DNA of 64,000 nt from Octopus vulgaris. Its lineage: Eukaryota. This document shows positions 1 to 12,309 of this stretch, piece by piece. Within the stretch, counting starts at the first letter, position 1. Each line of letters opens with the position of its first letter. The stretch spans positions 107,756,001 through 107,820,000 of the forward strand of contig OX597818.1 in the NCBI GenBank assembly GCA_951406725.2, in the 5' to 3' direction. The translations under genes were made by a program, and so were the position numbers. Below the pieces are notes generated by a model. It was not told the DNA's origin. It did no database searches and saw nothing but the letters and a program-made list of their open reading frames with translations.

Positions 1-148
1 GTTTCCGTCTACCAAATCTACTCACAAGTCATTGGTCGGCCCGGGGCTATAGCAGAAGACACTTGCCCAAGATGCCACGCAGTGGGACTGAACTCAGAAC
101 CATGTGGTTGGTTAGCAAGCTACTTACCACACAGCCACTCCTGCACCT
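1..148 (-). mobile_element. SINE family A, tRNA-derived head with CORE-like segment (resembles octopus OR-type SINEs); runs off the window edge
   Basis: Minus strand reads AGGTGCAGGAGTGGCTGTGTGGTAAG (A box), GAGTTCAGTCCC (B box), CTTGGGCAAGTGTCTT (CORE-like); same sequence recurs many times in the window. Confidence 0.85.
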
Positions 149-865
149 ATATCTGTACTTTCTTTACACATTTGTACGCTATTATTATTGCCTTGTATGT
201 TTCTTGTATTATCTCGAAGGTTTATTATTTGTTGTCATTCCTCAGCCACTTTCTGCAAGGTTAGTTTCACATCTTGATTCAGCTTTGATTATATTCTTTT
301 TTCTAATTTCCGCATCTTCCATTGCCACCAGCCCTTTAACGAATATTAGGCACTTGAACATATCTGGCATTAATTCTTCCAGTTTAAGCCTTTCACAAGC
401 CTTATTAACCATACCAGCATATGTTACAAAGTCGTTAGACTCATTTTTCTTTAAATTTAAACATTCCCACCGAATGTTAAACTGCAAACTTTTCTTGCTA
501 AAAAATATTAGTAAAAATATTCATCATTTCATCAAAACACAATTCCGTGGGCTTTCTCGGCGAAAGAAAGTTACAAAAACTTTCATGTTTCAGAGGGGCA
601 AGCTTTCGCAAAAGAAGTCTTACCTTCCTTTCACTAGACCATCCCTTGCATTCTTCTTGGAATATGTCTTCGTATCGTCTGTAATATGCAGCAAAGTAGT
701 TCCTTCATTTGGTTTGTAGTGAAATTCGTTGATGGAATTTGCAACACCATCCGCTGAAAATGATTCTGTCGTATTTCTCGACTGCAGTAACAATTCTGTT
801 AACTTCTGTAGTTGCTGCTGTTGCTGCTCTTGTTGTTTGACAACTGTTTTCAGTAACTCTTCCAT
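149..865 (-). pseudogene. gag: Ty3/Gypsy LTR retrotransposon gag (K02A2.6-like), frameshifted and 3' truncated
   Basis: Joining frames gives MEELLK...INEFHYKPNEGTT/FAAYYRRYEDIFQEECKGWSSERKVRLLLRKL...FNIRWECLNLKK...FKCLIFVKGL..EDAEIR/SKLNQDVKLTLQKVAEE*; frameshifts near 695 and 298; ATG at 865 just after the PBS. Confidence 0.85.
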
Positions 866-882
866 TTCGGTACTATTCAAAA

Positions 883-893
883 CCTCATCGCCA
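883..893 (-). promoter_or_regulatory. Primer-binding site complementary to the tRNA-Ser(GCT) 3' end
   Basis: Minus strand TATAACA-G-TGGCGATGAGG; one CpG-type change from TGGCGACGAGG, the complement of CCUCGUCGCCA; 1 nt after an LTR-like CA end. Confidence 0.75.
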
Positions 894-894
894 C

Positions 895-1107
895 TGTTAT
901 ATCGCACGTTCGGATGGCGTGCCTTCACCAATAACGTACCTCTACTCAACTACTAATTTCTCACTTCTGACGACTCGACTCAACAGAACTCAACGTCTAG
1001 TCTACCGATGGCTCTGGATCGCCCTTCACGACACCGACTCGCTATGACATCCACTATTCATACATAGTGGACTAGCCTACTTATCATCTGGAGGCATCCA
1101 CACAACA
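895..1107 (-). mobile_element. Probable 5' LTR of the Gypsy element (about 213 bp)
   Basis: Minus strand TGTTGTG...TATAACA termini abutting the PBS; CpG-richer than flanks; distal boundary inferred because no second LTR is in the window. Confidence 0.55.
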
Positions 1108-1589
1108 GCATGTATTGCTACTAAACAATATCAATGACTCTTAAGACATCTGAAGTGTCATTGATATTGTTTAGAGGCAATATCAGTCATGAATATCCGA
1201 CAGTTTTGTGGCATCAGTGCTAACGTATTGTTTGATGATATAAATGCACACACATACACACATACGCACACATCTTTGGAGCTGTGATCCAAGCCACGTC
1301 CTCCTGAAGCAATTCCTTCTAAATAACAAACTATTATTTTCCAATCTTTGTCTTAGGAGTCACAGTTCAGGAGTTCCTCTGCTACATGTTCTGTACATGT
1401 TTATACCTATTATGAATTTATTATATTTATAATGTTATTATTAATATTCATGTTTATCTTCCTAATGTCTTTCCTTTACTGTAATGAAACACATGTAACA
1501 ACGAATTGAAAATATACCAAATTTTCCAGTTTTTAAAAAATATATATATATATATAGTGTAATATATATAGTAAATATCATATATATGA

Positions 1590-1732
1590 TACTCACGGAG
1601 TGGTTGGCATTAGGAAGGGCATCCAGCTGTAGAAACACTGCCAAATCAGACCAGAGCCTGGTGTAGCCTCCATGGCTTACCAGACACCGGTCGAACCGTC
1701 CAACCCATGCTAGCATGGAAAACGAACGTTAA

Positions 1733-1763
<31 letters not shown>
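1590..1763 (+). mobile_element. SINE/LINE-tail family B with (GAT)n tail
   Basis: GGAGTGGTTGGCATTAGGAAGGGCATCCAGCTGTAGAAAC...CCAACCCATGCTAGCATGGAAAACGAACGTTAAA(TGA)n; shared with copies near 5890, 7390, 15740, 29240. Confidence 0.8.
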
Positions 1764-1764
<1 letters not shown>

Positions 1765-1964
1765 ATCATGGGTGTGTGTGCATGTATGATTTTGTGTACG
1801 TTATTGTGCTTCCCCATTCCATATTGATAAATTATATACTTATAAAGTATAAAGCTGAGAGATAACACATTAACTAGGATGGGGAACAAGGCTATCACAG
1901 GTAACTTTCTCAGGTGATTTGATAGCTTTATGGTTTGGCTAGAATTAATCTTGTAGTATTGATT

Positions 1965-1969
1965 GAATG

Positions 1970-2016
<47 letters not shown>

Positions 2017-2090
2017 ATGTGTATGCACGTGTATGCATACATATATATGTGTATATATGTGCTTATATACACACACATATATATACATAA

Positions 2091-2131
<41 letters not shown>

Positions 2132-2242
2132 TACATATATACATATATATACCTCATCATTATCATCATAGTCATAATTTTTATGCAGACGTTTTGACAT
2201 TTGTGTGTATATATAGACATATTTATATTTATATGTATATAC

Positions 2243-2309
<67 letters not shown>

Positions 2310-2360
2310 CATATATATATATGTATGTATATGTGTGTATGTGTATGTATATTTGTATGA
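1965..2360. repeat. Compound (GT)n/(TA)n microsatellite
   Basis: Direct reading; source of the YIYI/CVCV ORFs. Confidence 0.95.
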
Positions 2361-2679
2361 ATGTATAAAAAACACTCTAATACTAGCATACATAACATAT
2401 TTACTTTCACCTGTCAACTATTTAAAGTGTTTAAATTGTAAAAATCTAAAATAAAATTTCATGAATATTGCAAGAAAGGAGAAAAGTTAGAGCTACATAA
2501 TAAGTTATGGCACAGAGCCCTCCTCCAAAGAAACGTTCTATAAATCATCCCTGTGAGATATGAATAAAACATAGGAGGAGCATCGTTGTGTAAATCATCC
2601 TCATCACCCAGAAGCTGCTGTCATTGAAGCTGATGTTCACTTCAACAGGGAAATCTGGCTCCCATAAACAATAATAATC

Positions 2680-2900
2680 TTTTGTCTTTTATCTTTAATT
2701 CATTTCAAGTCTTGGACTGCTGCCATAGTTCAGGAACCACCTTTCAAGAATGCTCTTGCAGAGAGAATTGAACCCCAGTACTTTCATTCAGCTGGGTACT
2801 TATTGTATCGCTCTCTTTTGCTAAGCCACTAATTCACAGGGATGCAAACACACAAACACAGGTTGTCCAGTGGTAGGGGTAGGGGAAATAAAGACACATA
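2680..2900 (-). mobile_element. Degenerate 3' half of SINE family A
   Basis: Diverged match to the family A tail (ctcttttgctaagccactaa...gatgcaaacacac...ggttgtc). Confidence 0.6.
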
Positions 2901-3127
2901 CTCACACACACACATATATGTACCTACATACATGCATACACATGTATGTGTGTGTGTATGTGTGTGTGTACATATATATATATACATATATGTATAGTTC
3001 AGTAAAATTTAGATTCAGTTGAATATGGTACTTAAGTTTAAGGCACCAGAATTTGGTATGGTATTATCCATATAATTCAAAATGGGGTGATTACAATCAA
3101 AATAAGCAACAAAGATATCCAGAGGTA

Positions 3128-3213
3128 ATGCAGTACAATTGTTTCATGCGACTCCATTTAATTGAAGAATGCAACTATTACATCAGTTTTGAAATGTAGA
3201 GCAATCTTCAGCT
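3128..3213 (-). ncRNA. Type I hammerhead ribozyme motif, stem III intact, 5' arm of stem I truncated
   Basis: Minus: AG-CUGAAGA-UUGC...GCAU-GAAA-C-AAUU-G-UA-CUGCAU. Confidence 0.6.
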
Positions 3214-3923
3214 TAATACTAAACTTAATACTAATACTTCACTCTTAATACTAAATTTAAGTATTTCTCTTTTTAGAAGCTTACATCTTAGTTGCCTCCC
3301 TTCCACTGTATTTTAAAGATTTTGGTATGTATGCCAATTAATACTTTATTTACTAGGAATATTCTCATAAAAAGTTCTTCTAAATCCCCATTAATTAATA
3401 TTCAAAACCTGATAAAGAATAAATAATAATATTTAAGTTACTTGGTTTCTATTTCTCTAAAACAACCTAACCCTCATGATCTTTGTACGTATTAGAAAGC
3501 TTTATAAATGGATTATAAATAAAGAAGTAAATAACATTTTATAAGTACCAATTAATAATTATAACTTATCGTATAAGGAATAATAATAGCATTTTCTTAA
3601 ATCTATAATAGAACCCAAAATTTTATATAAGTTTTATTAAAAATATAACTTTTGCCCAATAACTTGATCATTTCTTTACCCGATATTAAACACTAGTCAT
3701 TTATGATAATTCCCATGTTAAGTAAATATAAATTTTAGTCTAGAAATTATAACAAAGTAAAATCAATGATAAGCAGTGTCTTCCTGTGAAAAAATATCAA
3801 TTACAACTATGACGTTGTTGATGAAACTTGTTCTTTGTCTATCTACTTATCCTCTTTGTGATTTTGGTTAATGGAATAACTATACAAATGAATCCTTTGA
3901 ATTTAACTAAATTCCATATTTTT

Positions 3924-4013
3924 ATGCAGCTGAAGATTGCTCTACATTTCAAAACTGATGTAATAGTTGCATTCTTCAATTAAATGGAGTCGCATGAAAC
4001 AATCATACTGCAT
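3924..4013 (+). ncRNA. Type I hammerhead ribozyme motif (Penelope type), stem I intact, stem III mutated
   Basis: AUGCAG (3924-3929), CUGAAGA (3930-3936), UGC..GCA stem II, GAAAC (3996-4000), AAUCAUA, CUGCAU (4008-4013). Confidence 0.65.
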
Positions 4014-4307
4014 TACCTCTGGATATCCTTGTTGCTTACTTTGATTATATATATATATATATATATATTGGAAGGTTTGGAGATGATGTACAGGTATTTT
4101 ATATTAGAAAAAATGAGGTACTCAGAAATTCAGATGGTTTTATATTTACAGATATTTATTTGTATATTACATGTTTTTATACATTATATAACTTAGATCA
4201 TATATTAGTGATTTCTCCGATTCTAGTGGGGTTTTCAAATCAAACTAAGTTCCTGCGAAAATGTTTTGACCATTTTATAGTGTTATTTGAGTGTGTATAT
4301 ATATATA

Positions 4308-4472
4308 TGATAGGCTTCTTTCAGTTTCCATCTCCCAAATCTACTCACAAGGCTTTGTTCAGCTCAACCTGAAATTATAGTAAAATACATATACCCAAGG
4401 TGTCACACAGTGGAACTGAAACTGGAACTATGTGGTTGGGAAGCAAGCTTCTTCCCACTCGGCCACGTCTGT
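4308..4472 (-). mobile_element. SINE family A head
   Basis: ggcttctttcagtttcc...cccaaggtgtcacacagtggaactgaa...atgtggttgg matches family A. Confidence 0.8.
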
Positions 4473-4888
4473 CACCAGATTAGGACAAAAACATTTTAAG
4501 AGATCTTTCAATATCACCAATAAACAATTTAATTGTTGTGAAAGAAGAACTACAACTGATCATAGAGAAACGGTGCCCCAGGAAATAATTCTCAAGTTCA
4601 CAGCAATGTAGCTCATAGTCCTGACATAATTAACAAATGGCTAAGTTCACCAAGTTATAAACAGATTCCATATAGTTCCTACAAGTAAACTGACCAAATG
4701 GTTATTGCTCTCAGCTTGTACTTTGTATGTCTTGTGTTTGAATTCCTTGCCAAAATTTTGATGTGAATTTAGGTAGTGTGTCCTTCAGCTCTTTTAGCTT
4801 TCAGATAAAAGCAGCAGATCCTCTTTGTATATCATTAATGATAGAGAGACATCTTTCATCTGCTTTACAATCTCTGGATCTCATCTGT

Positions 4889-4919
<31 letters not shown>

Positions 4920-5264
4920 TTATATATACATATATAGATATAGATATATAATTGTGAAAATGACTAGCGGCCACTGATCATTTTCACGATTACAGCCAAC
5001 GAATCTAGTCAATGCACAAGACAGCCATTATGTTCCCCCAACAAAACATCACTATGTGGACTTTGTTGAGACCAGTAAGAAATAATTATGAACTTTTTTA
5101 TTACACTTAACTTTTAAAAATATTTTTGATAAGGTTCGTTTTTTTCAAGAAGAAGCGAAACGTAGAATTTCTAAGAAAATTAAAATTTATCATATATAGT
5201 GGCATTTTCAAACTTCTTTTTTATAAATATATACCCGCTCGTCTGCCACCTACACTTTTTATAA

Positions 5265-5338
<74 letters not shown>

Positions 5339-5340
<2 letters not shown>

Positions 5341-5485
5341 GACGGGCTTCTTCCAGTTTCCGTCCACCAAATCCACTCACAAGGCTTTTGTCAGACCGAG
5401 GCTATAGTAGAAGACACAGTGAGACTGAACCCCAGACCATGTGGTTGGTAAGCAAGCTACTTACCACACACCCACTCCTGCACCT
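5339..5485 (-). mobile_element. SINE family A head with internal deletion
   Basis: Matches 1-148 but lacks ttgcccaaggtgccac. Confidence 0.85.
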
Positions 5486-5501
5486 ATAAATATATATATA
5501 T

Positions 5502-5672
5502 AGGGAGAATTCACAAAAAAAGACAAAAGATGAAGGCAAATGGTGCAGACGACAAACAGATGTATTAGTTTAACGCTCAGGAAGTGAAAAAGTCTTTAAC
5601 GTTTCAAGCCTACAGAAAGAAACAAGGAGAGAAAATAAAGAATGTGTAGTGGCTAGCGATCTATCATGATGA
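5502..5672 (-). mobile_element. Short hammerhead-like-motif element (family H), stem II partly deleted, flanked by (TA)n
   Basis: Co-linear with 19203-19453; minus strand CTTT-CTGTAG-GCTT-GAAACGTT-AAAG. Confidence 0.6.
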
Positions 5673-5673
5673 A

Positions 5674-5728
<55 letters not shown>

Positions 5729-5734
<6 letters not shown>

Positions 5735-6055
5735 CACATAAAAAGTACCATCCGAACGTGGCCGATGCCAGCACCGCCTTGACTGGCTTCTGTGCCGGTA
5801 GCACATAAAAAAAAGCACCAACTGATCGTGGCAGATGCCAGACCCCTCTGGCACCTGTGCAGGTGGCACGTAAAAAGCACCCACTACACTCGCGGAGTGG
5901 TTGGCGTTAGGAAGGGCATCCAGCTGTAGAAACACTGCCAGATGAGACTGGAGCCTGGGGCAGCCTCTGGCTCCCAGACCCCGGTCGAACCGTCCAACCC
6001 GTGCTAGCACGGAAAACGGACATTAAACGATGATGATGATGATGATGATGATGAT
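5729..6055 (+). mobile_element. Family B element with a 5' array of about 65-bp hairpin units
   Basis: Three GGTRGCACRTAAAAA units followed by the family B body and (GAT)n. Confidence 0.85.
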
Positions 6056-6199
6056 ATAGATAGGTATGTATGTATATACTCAACAGGTTTCTTTCAGTTT
6101 TCATGTACCAAATCCGCTCACGAAGCTTTGGTTGTTGGCCATTAAGAAGAATCAATGTCTACTGTGGTTTCTATTTAGAAATTACTTTCATACCATAAC

Positions 6200-6601
6200 T
6201 TCATGGTAAGAAGTTTATTTTCCAACCACATGATTCCAGGTTCAGTCCCACTTCGTCGCAGCTTTAGCAAGTGTCTTCTTTTATAGCTTTGGGCCAAGCA
6301 AAGCCTTGAGAAGATTTGGTAGACCGAACCTGAAAACACCCCATAGTGTGTGTGTGTGTGTTTGTATGTGTTTGTGTCTTTGTGTATGTGTTTGTTCCCC
6401 CACCCCACTGCTTGACAACCAGTGTTGGTTTGCTTATGTCCCTGTAACTGAGTGGTTCAGCCAAAGAGACTGATATAATAAGTACTAGGCTTAAAAAAAA
6501 ATAGTGGGTTTGATTCATTTGACTAAAGATTTCCAAGCCTGTGCTCCAGCATGGCCGTAGTCTAATGAGTGAAACAAGTAAAAGACAAAAGATAAAAGAT
6601 A
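6200..6601 (+). mobile_element. SINE family A, near full length
   Basis: Head (ggttcagtcccac), internal (GT)n, tail gtgctccagcatggcc...gaaacaagtaaaaga. Confidence 0.8.
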
Positions 6602-7324
6602 ATTGTTTGTAAAGAAACAAGCAGAAACGACAGTGATGATTCTGCTGAGGAATTGGTAAGGTTCTTCTCATTCTTCTTGCATTAGAGTTTCAGGATTATT
6701 ATGGTGAGTTCTGGAAGTGGTTCTGGAAAATGGCCAACAGCTTTTGTTGCTCACACAATTGTAACGAACTTCAGATGAAAATTGATATGTACAATATTTC
6801 CTAAAAATTGTGCTAGAGGTCTTGGTCTCAGGACCACGCATGTCTAGAAGCTGAGGTTGGGGTAAGCAAGGGCATGTTCCCCATAGAAAATCCAGCTCCA
6901 AAAAAGCCTTTTGATAGCAAAGGAGAATGGGCACCAGCCAGCTAGCCAGCCCAAAAGTTGGGGTGGGGATGTACCTGCCTACCTTGGTTGCTATGGTATT
7001 GAGGTAGATCCGGCCACCCTCGTTTTCAGGGACAAAACTCGTATTTAAAACACTGGATGATGATGAATGTATTGACCATTTAATTTCTCATAGAAGTGAA
7101 ATATGAACAGTGAAGGTAGAGGCCTTGAAGTAAGAGAAAGAATGTGATATGATAGGATGATATTTTGGGTATAAGCTTAGAAAGAAGTTTGAAGGTCTAT
7201 AAATTGAGGAAGAAATTGCATATTTGAGAAATTGGTACGAATCAAGAGGTTAAAGATATATAGTTGAATAGTGGTGTTATGTTGAAATGAGTGGAATTGA
7301 AAATTAATATAGATAAATCATGGT

Positions 7325-7540
7325 TGGTGCCAGTGTCATGTAAATGGCACCTGTGCCAGTGGCACATAAAAAGTGCCCATTACTCTTTCGGAGTGGTTGG
7401 TGTTAAGAAGGGCAGGCATCCAGCTGTAGAAACCACACTAAATCAAACTGAAACGTGGTGCAGCTCTCTGGCTTACCAGTTCCAATCAAACTGTCTAACC
7501 CATGCCAGCATGGAAAGCAGACGTAAAATTATGATGATGA
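7325..7540 (+). mobile_element. Family B element
   Basis: gtgccagtggcacataaaaagtgccc...ggagtggttgg...cccatgccagcatggaaagcagacgtaaa. Confidence 0.8.
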
Positions 7541-9449
7541 CGAGGAGGAGAAGGGGGAAGAGGAGAGTAAACATTGTGTAGGTAATTTATAATTTAGAAA
7601 GTTGGGTCTTATTGTCATGTGACCAAGAGGTGGATCAGTGTGATGTGAAGAGATTACTGTATAGACTGCTAAGACAATTATTACGTAGGGACGTGCATCA
7701 GAGAGAAATTGTTACATAAGTGTAAGGAGAAAAGCAAATATCCACCAAAGGAGAGAGGAATATGCATTTGTTATCGTTATCTGCCGAGCAATGATAGACT
7801 AATAGTGTTCTGTCTAAATATTGATGGGTCCATATTCTGTCAACAGCACTACAATGTGGTCCTTTTTCAGGGAACCAAGACTGATGGTGACAATGTAATA
7901 TATATATTCAGCTTAAATTTCTGGGAAGAGAGAAAATAGATAAGACATGAATAAGGACTGTAAGGGAACGGGGTGGGGAGAGGGAGCTGGGTTTGAACAG
8001 GGGTGGCTCAAATTTTTTTCCCCGTTTAGAAAAGCAAGAACCTTTGTGCTAGTGGAGGAAACCAAGAGTAGGCTTGTGGTTGTGGTGACATGACGGCAAT
8101 TTTCCAAACAGTTCGATGATCTTTAATCAAATAGAATGTTTATGTACAGTAAGCTTCTTTATTCTAGATGTATGAGCAATGCTATAATACCAGTTAAACT
8201 TGCTGTACCTTGTAAAATATCAATAACTGGCCAGAGCTGAAGTAATTTCTGCTCCTGCCTTGGGTATAACCTGAAATTTCTCTTTCAGAATGTTAACGGT
8301 TTACCTAAGGAGAATATTGTATGATTATAATACAGAAATGCCATACCTGGCAATTCTGAGTTTATGCAAATATATAATTTCTGAATGGCTTTAAGGAAGA
8401 AGATGATGAGAGTCGAAGGCAAAGCATTGTCAAGAAAAATAGGACATCTGACCAGGAATTCTCTACTTCTTACAGGGCAGTCTTGTAAAATCCTAAAGAA
8501 AATAGTTTGTTAAAATTCACAAGCATTTTTTTAAATTTCAAATCATAAGAAAACCATTACAAGGCAGGATTGCATTTTTTGAGAATTGCTTGGCAAATAC
8601 AGCCTAGATTGTCAGTTTAATACCACTAAAGAGAAGAGATTAACAAATAACAAGTGTAAGAAATTTGTTTCCAGGCTTTTTCTTTATTGAATGCCATCGT
8701 AAGGATTTCTCGTCTCAGCATAAGGCCAGGAATTTGAAGGAGGGATGAGTCAATTAAATCTACATCAATACTTGACTGCTTCTTCATTTTATTGTCACTC
8801 TAAGGATGAAAGGCAAACTCTGATAAAATTAAATAATTAAAAGAAAATGGCTTGGAAATTATATAAAATAATCTGATTAAATGTGCAGAAACTTTCTATG
8901 GCAAAGTTTTCCACTTGTTGTCAGCTTTTTGATGGGTTAGCAAAATGGATGATCAAATTACATTATCTGTTTATCAAATCAAACACCATCATTTTCTTGG
9001 TATTGGATGGATATTAATCATATTGCTTGCATATCTGTGCTGTAAAAGGATATCCATACTCTCCTTTGTGAATGTACAATTAATCTGTCACAATATATAT
9101 TACATATAGAACTTTACATTTCGTTTGCCATGTATTAAAGCTTAGCTTTCAGATTTGCACAGTATGAACAAAATTAATCAGGAAATTGTGACAAACATGG
9201 ACACATATCTTGATCAATGTGAGCAAACGTTGATTTGGCCTTATCACATCTGTAACATGGTTTGCTGTGGAATAGCTTCGTTGCACAATTGACATTTGTT
9301 GAAACAGACTATCGAGTTTCAATATTAAGCAAATTTTTAGAAATTCCTATTTAGGAATCTTGTAATAGATTACCGAAATACAATCTGTTCCTGCATTTCA
9401 TGGAATTCACTTCAATATTCTATACACAAACTATATGAATATTTAAACT

Positions 9450-9627
9450 ACATTACACACACACACACACACATACACACACACACAAGCACATACACAA
9501 ACACATGCACATACACACAAACACATACACACACAATTATGCGCAAATGCATGCACACCCCACCTCCCCACATATAAACACACACACACAGCCACAGATG
9601 CATAAATGAATACATATACATATAAAC

Positions 9628-9691
<64 letters not shown>

Positions 9692-9726
9692 GTGTGTACA
9701 CATATATATATGTATATGTATATATA

Positions 9727-9758
<32 letters not shown>

Positions 9759-11006
9759 CATTTATATATAAGACTTATACATATATCCACACACACATAT
9801 ATACTTATACACACGTATGTGTGTGTGTGTGTGTTTGTTTGGTTAAGAATCCAAAGCAGCAAAAATAACTATATAGTTAAACAAACAAGTTAAATGCAGC
9901 GTCAATGATTTCATCTCTGATATGCAAAGTGCATGTGTGCATGTGTGCATGTGGGTATGTGGGTATGTGTGTGTGTGTGTGTGTGTGTGGGTGCTTTTGC
10001 GGGTGTATGTGGTACACTCACGTTGGTAGAGGGTATCTTTGATAAAATACATTCAGAAAATGAAATACTGTACACAATCTACAGTTTGGTATTCATTGAA
10101 AAGCAAAATAGTTTATCTTCATTGTTTCATGGTAATATACATATGTGTGAGTGTGTCTGTGCACGTGTTTATGTGTGTGTTTGTGTGTGTGTGCACGCGC
10201 ATGTGTGTATATGTATATGTATCTACATATGTGTATGTACACACACACATATATGTATGCATACACTACATAGACACATGCTGTGTATATATATATATAT
10301 GTGTGTGTGTATGTATATATGTATGTTTATCTATATATCTGTGTGTATACTTTTAGCATGTGTGTGGCAATTGAGAGTGTATCTTTGTGTGTTTGTGCTT
10401 ATTAATATAAGTTTGTATGCGTATGATTCTGCATTGATATGCAAAAATCAAGATCTTCGCAGCGTGCCATATACAGTATTGAGGATATAAAATTCTCATA
10501 GCAGCTTCCTTTGTAGTAATCAGTATGCAATTTAATATGCAGTATATGTGTATAGCCCAGTGAAATATTGCAGCATTATCTCATTGTTTAGTGAAATTTC
10601 CATGGAAATATGTTCAAGGATATTTTTATCTATGTAGTATGTTCAAGGGAAATTAGGAAGTTTACACACATGTGTATGAGAACACATTCACATTTCCTCC
10701 AGTACAAATACCTATACACATGCAACCGAAAAAGTACTAACATGCATGTAAATTTTTGTATGTATATATATATCGGCAGATGAATATTTAACTAAACTGC
10801 CAAACATGGACATGTCCATACCAACACGCATACATATCACAGACATACAAATAACACGCATGACCATTTACAAGTATTGACATGTATACACATGTAGCAT
10901 AATGTAAAAATTATTACTATCCACATTTCAGCACTTAAAAACAGACATTCATTTTTACACACACACACACATATGTATATATATATACATACATATATGT
11001 ATATGT

Positions 11007-11063
<57 letters not shown>

Positions 11064-11478
11064 GTATGTATGTATGTATTATGTATGTATGAATGTATAT
11101 GCATAATTATTCATAGCAACAATCTTTTCAAAGATCACACAAAAGCGAATATATAACACACTTGTATTGTATAAGTTATTTATAAATACTCATAGTTTCT
11201 TTATTTCAGCATTCTTATGAATATGGATACATTCCTGTATGTAATACATGCAATCACACACATGGATATACACATAGAGATGAAAACTCATACACACACA
11301 CACATACAAACATACACATGCAAACATGTACATGCGCATGCACACACCCACAGGCACACACATCAACATCATCATCGTCGCTGTCATTGTCATCAATGTC
11401 ATTACTATCATCACTGTGCGTCTTGATCATCAACATCATCAACATCATCATCATCATCATCATCATCATCACCGACAC

Positions 11479-11534
<56 letters not shown>

Positions 11535-11610
11535 ACAACATCATCATTGTCGTCGTCATCATATAATCCTCCTCCTCCTCATCATCATCGTCATCATAAT
11601 CATCATTGTT
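9450..11610. repeat. Field of (CA)n/(TA)n/(GT)n microsatellites ending in a (CAT)n tract at about 11360-11610
   Basis: Direct reading; interspersed with short unique AT-rich stretches. Confidence 0.9.
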
Positions 11611-11991
11611 TTAACATCCAATTCTCCCAGCTTGCATGCAAGAGGCAAGACTGGTTGAAGAAGCAGATTTTCTACGGCTGAATGCACGTCTTGCCACCAA
11701 CCCTCGCGTGTTGTTGCCAAGCAAAAAATATTTCCCTAGTTTTTCAGTGGCCAAACATGTTTTCCCAGATAATTGCCAAAAAATGGTAGTATTTGTTGAA
11801 AACTGACTTTACTCATAATCAAGATGCAAATGCCAGGATGCACAGACTGAAACATGCACACATATATTCCTCCATGAGCAAGATCTCACCTTCTCCCTTG
11901 TTGTATCCTGTGAAAACGTCCAACCCATGGCAGCATGAAAAGTAGCTGTGGAAATGATGATGATGATGAACTTTGAATATCTACCCATCTT

Positions 11992-12283
11992 GAAGGCATA
12001 TGTTGCAGTGATTAGGGCACTCAACTCAGCAGCGTAAGATCATAAGTTTGATTGCTCCAGTCACATTGCCTCAGTCCACTCAGCTGTTAAAAATGAATCG
12101 TACCTGTAATTCTAAGGTCCAGAATTGTCACACTCTGTGTCACACTGAATCTCACTGAGATCTACGTTAAGGGTATGCATGTCTGTGGAGTACTCAGCCA
12201 CTTGCATGTTAATTTCACGAGTAGACTGTTCCATTGATTGAATCAACTGGAGCACTCATTGTCATAACCAACAGAGGGCCAGT
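11992..12283 (+). mobile_element. SINE family E (tRNA-like head, distinct body)
   Basis: Body gtctgtggagtactcagccacttgcatgttaatttcacgag...gttccattgat is the reverse complement of about 58590-58670. Confidence 0.7.
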
Positions 12284-12309
12284 CATAGATCTATCTATCT
12301 ATCTACATC

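Larger units (their letters stand above)
2997..4046 (+). mobile_element. Penelope-like element remnant with inverted pseudo-LTRs, inserted in (TA)n
   Basis: 119-bp inverted repeats at 3095-3213 and 3928-4046 (4 mismatches) carrying a hammerhead motif; decayed AT-rich interior; (TA)n on both flanks. Confidence 0.7.

Noticed and set aside
63-719. 218-aa + strand ORF
   Set aside because: Starts in a SINE and is the antisense of the Gypsy gag relic
904-917. 13-bp match (ccatccgaacgtg) between the LTR and the family B unit near 5748
   Set aside because: Too short, with no flanking similarity; compatible with chance
1710-2454. [12 protein letters not shown] ORFs here and throughout the window
   Set aside because: Translations of dinucleotide microsatellites
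6810-8110. Possible additional SINE body (6810-7070) and LINE-like debris (7080-8110)
   Set aside because: Too decayed to assign a family or boundaries by eye
8289-8318. 30-nt exon-like segment (NVNGLPKENI)
   Set aside because: Good acceptor but weak donor context (ATT|gtatga); no other support
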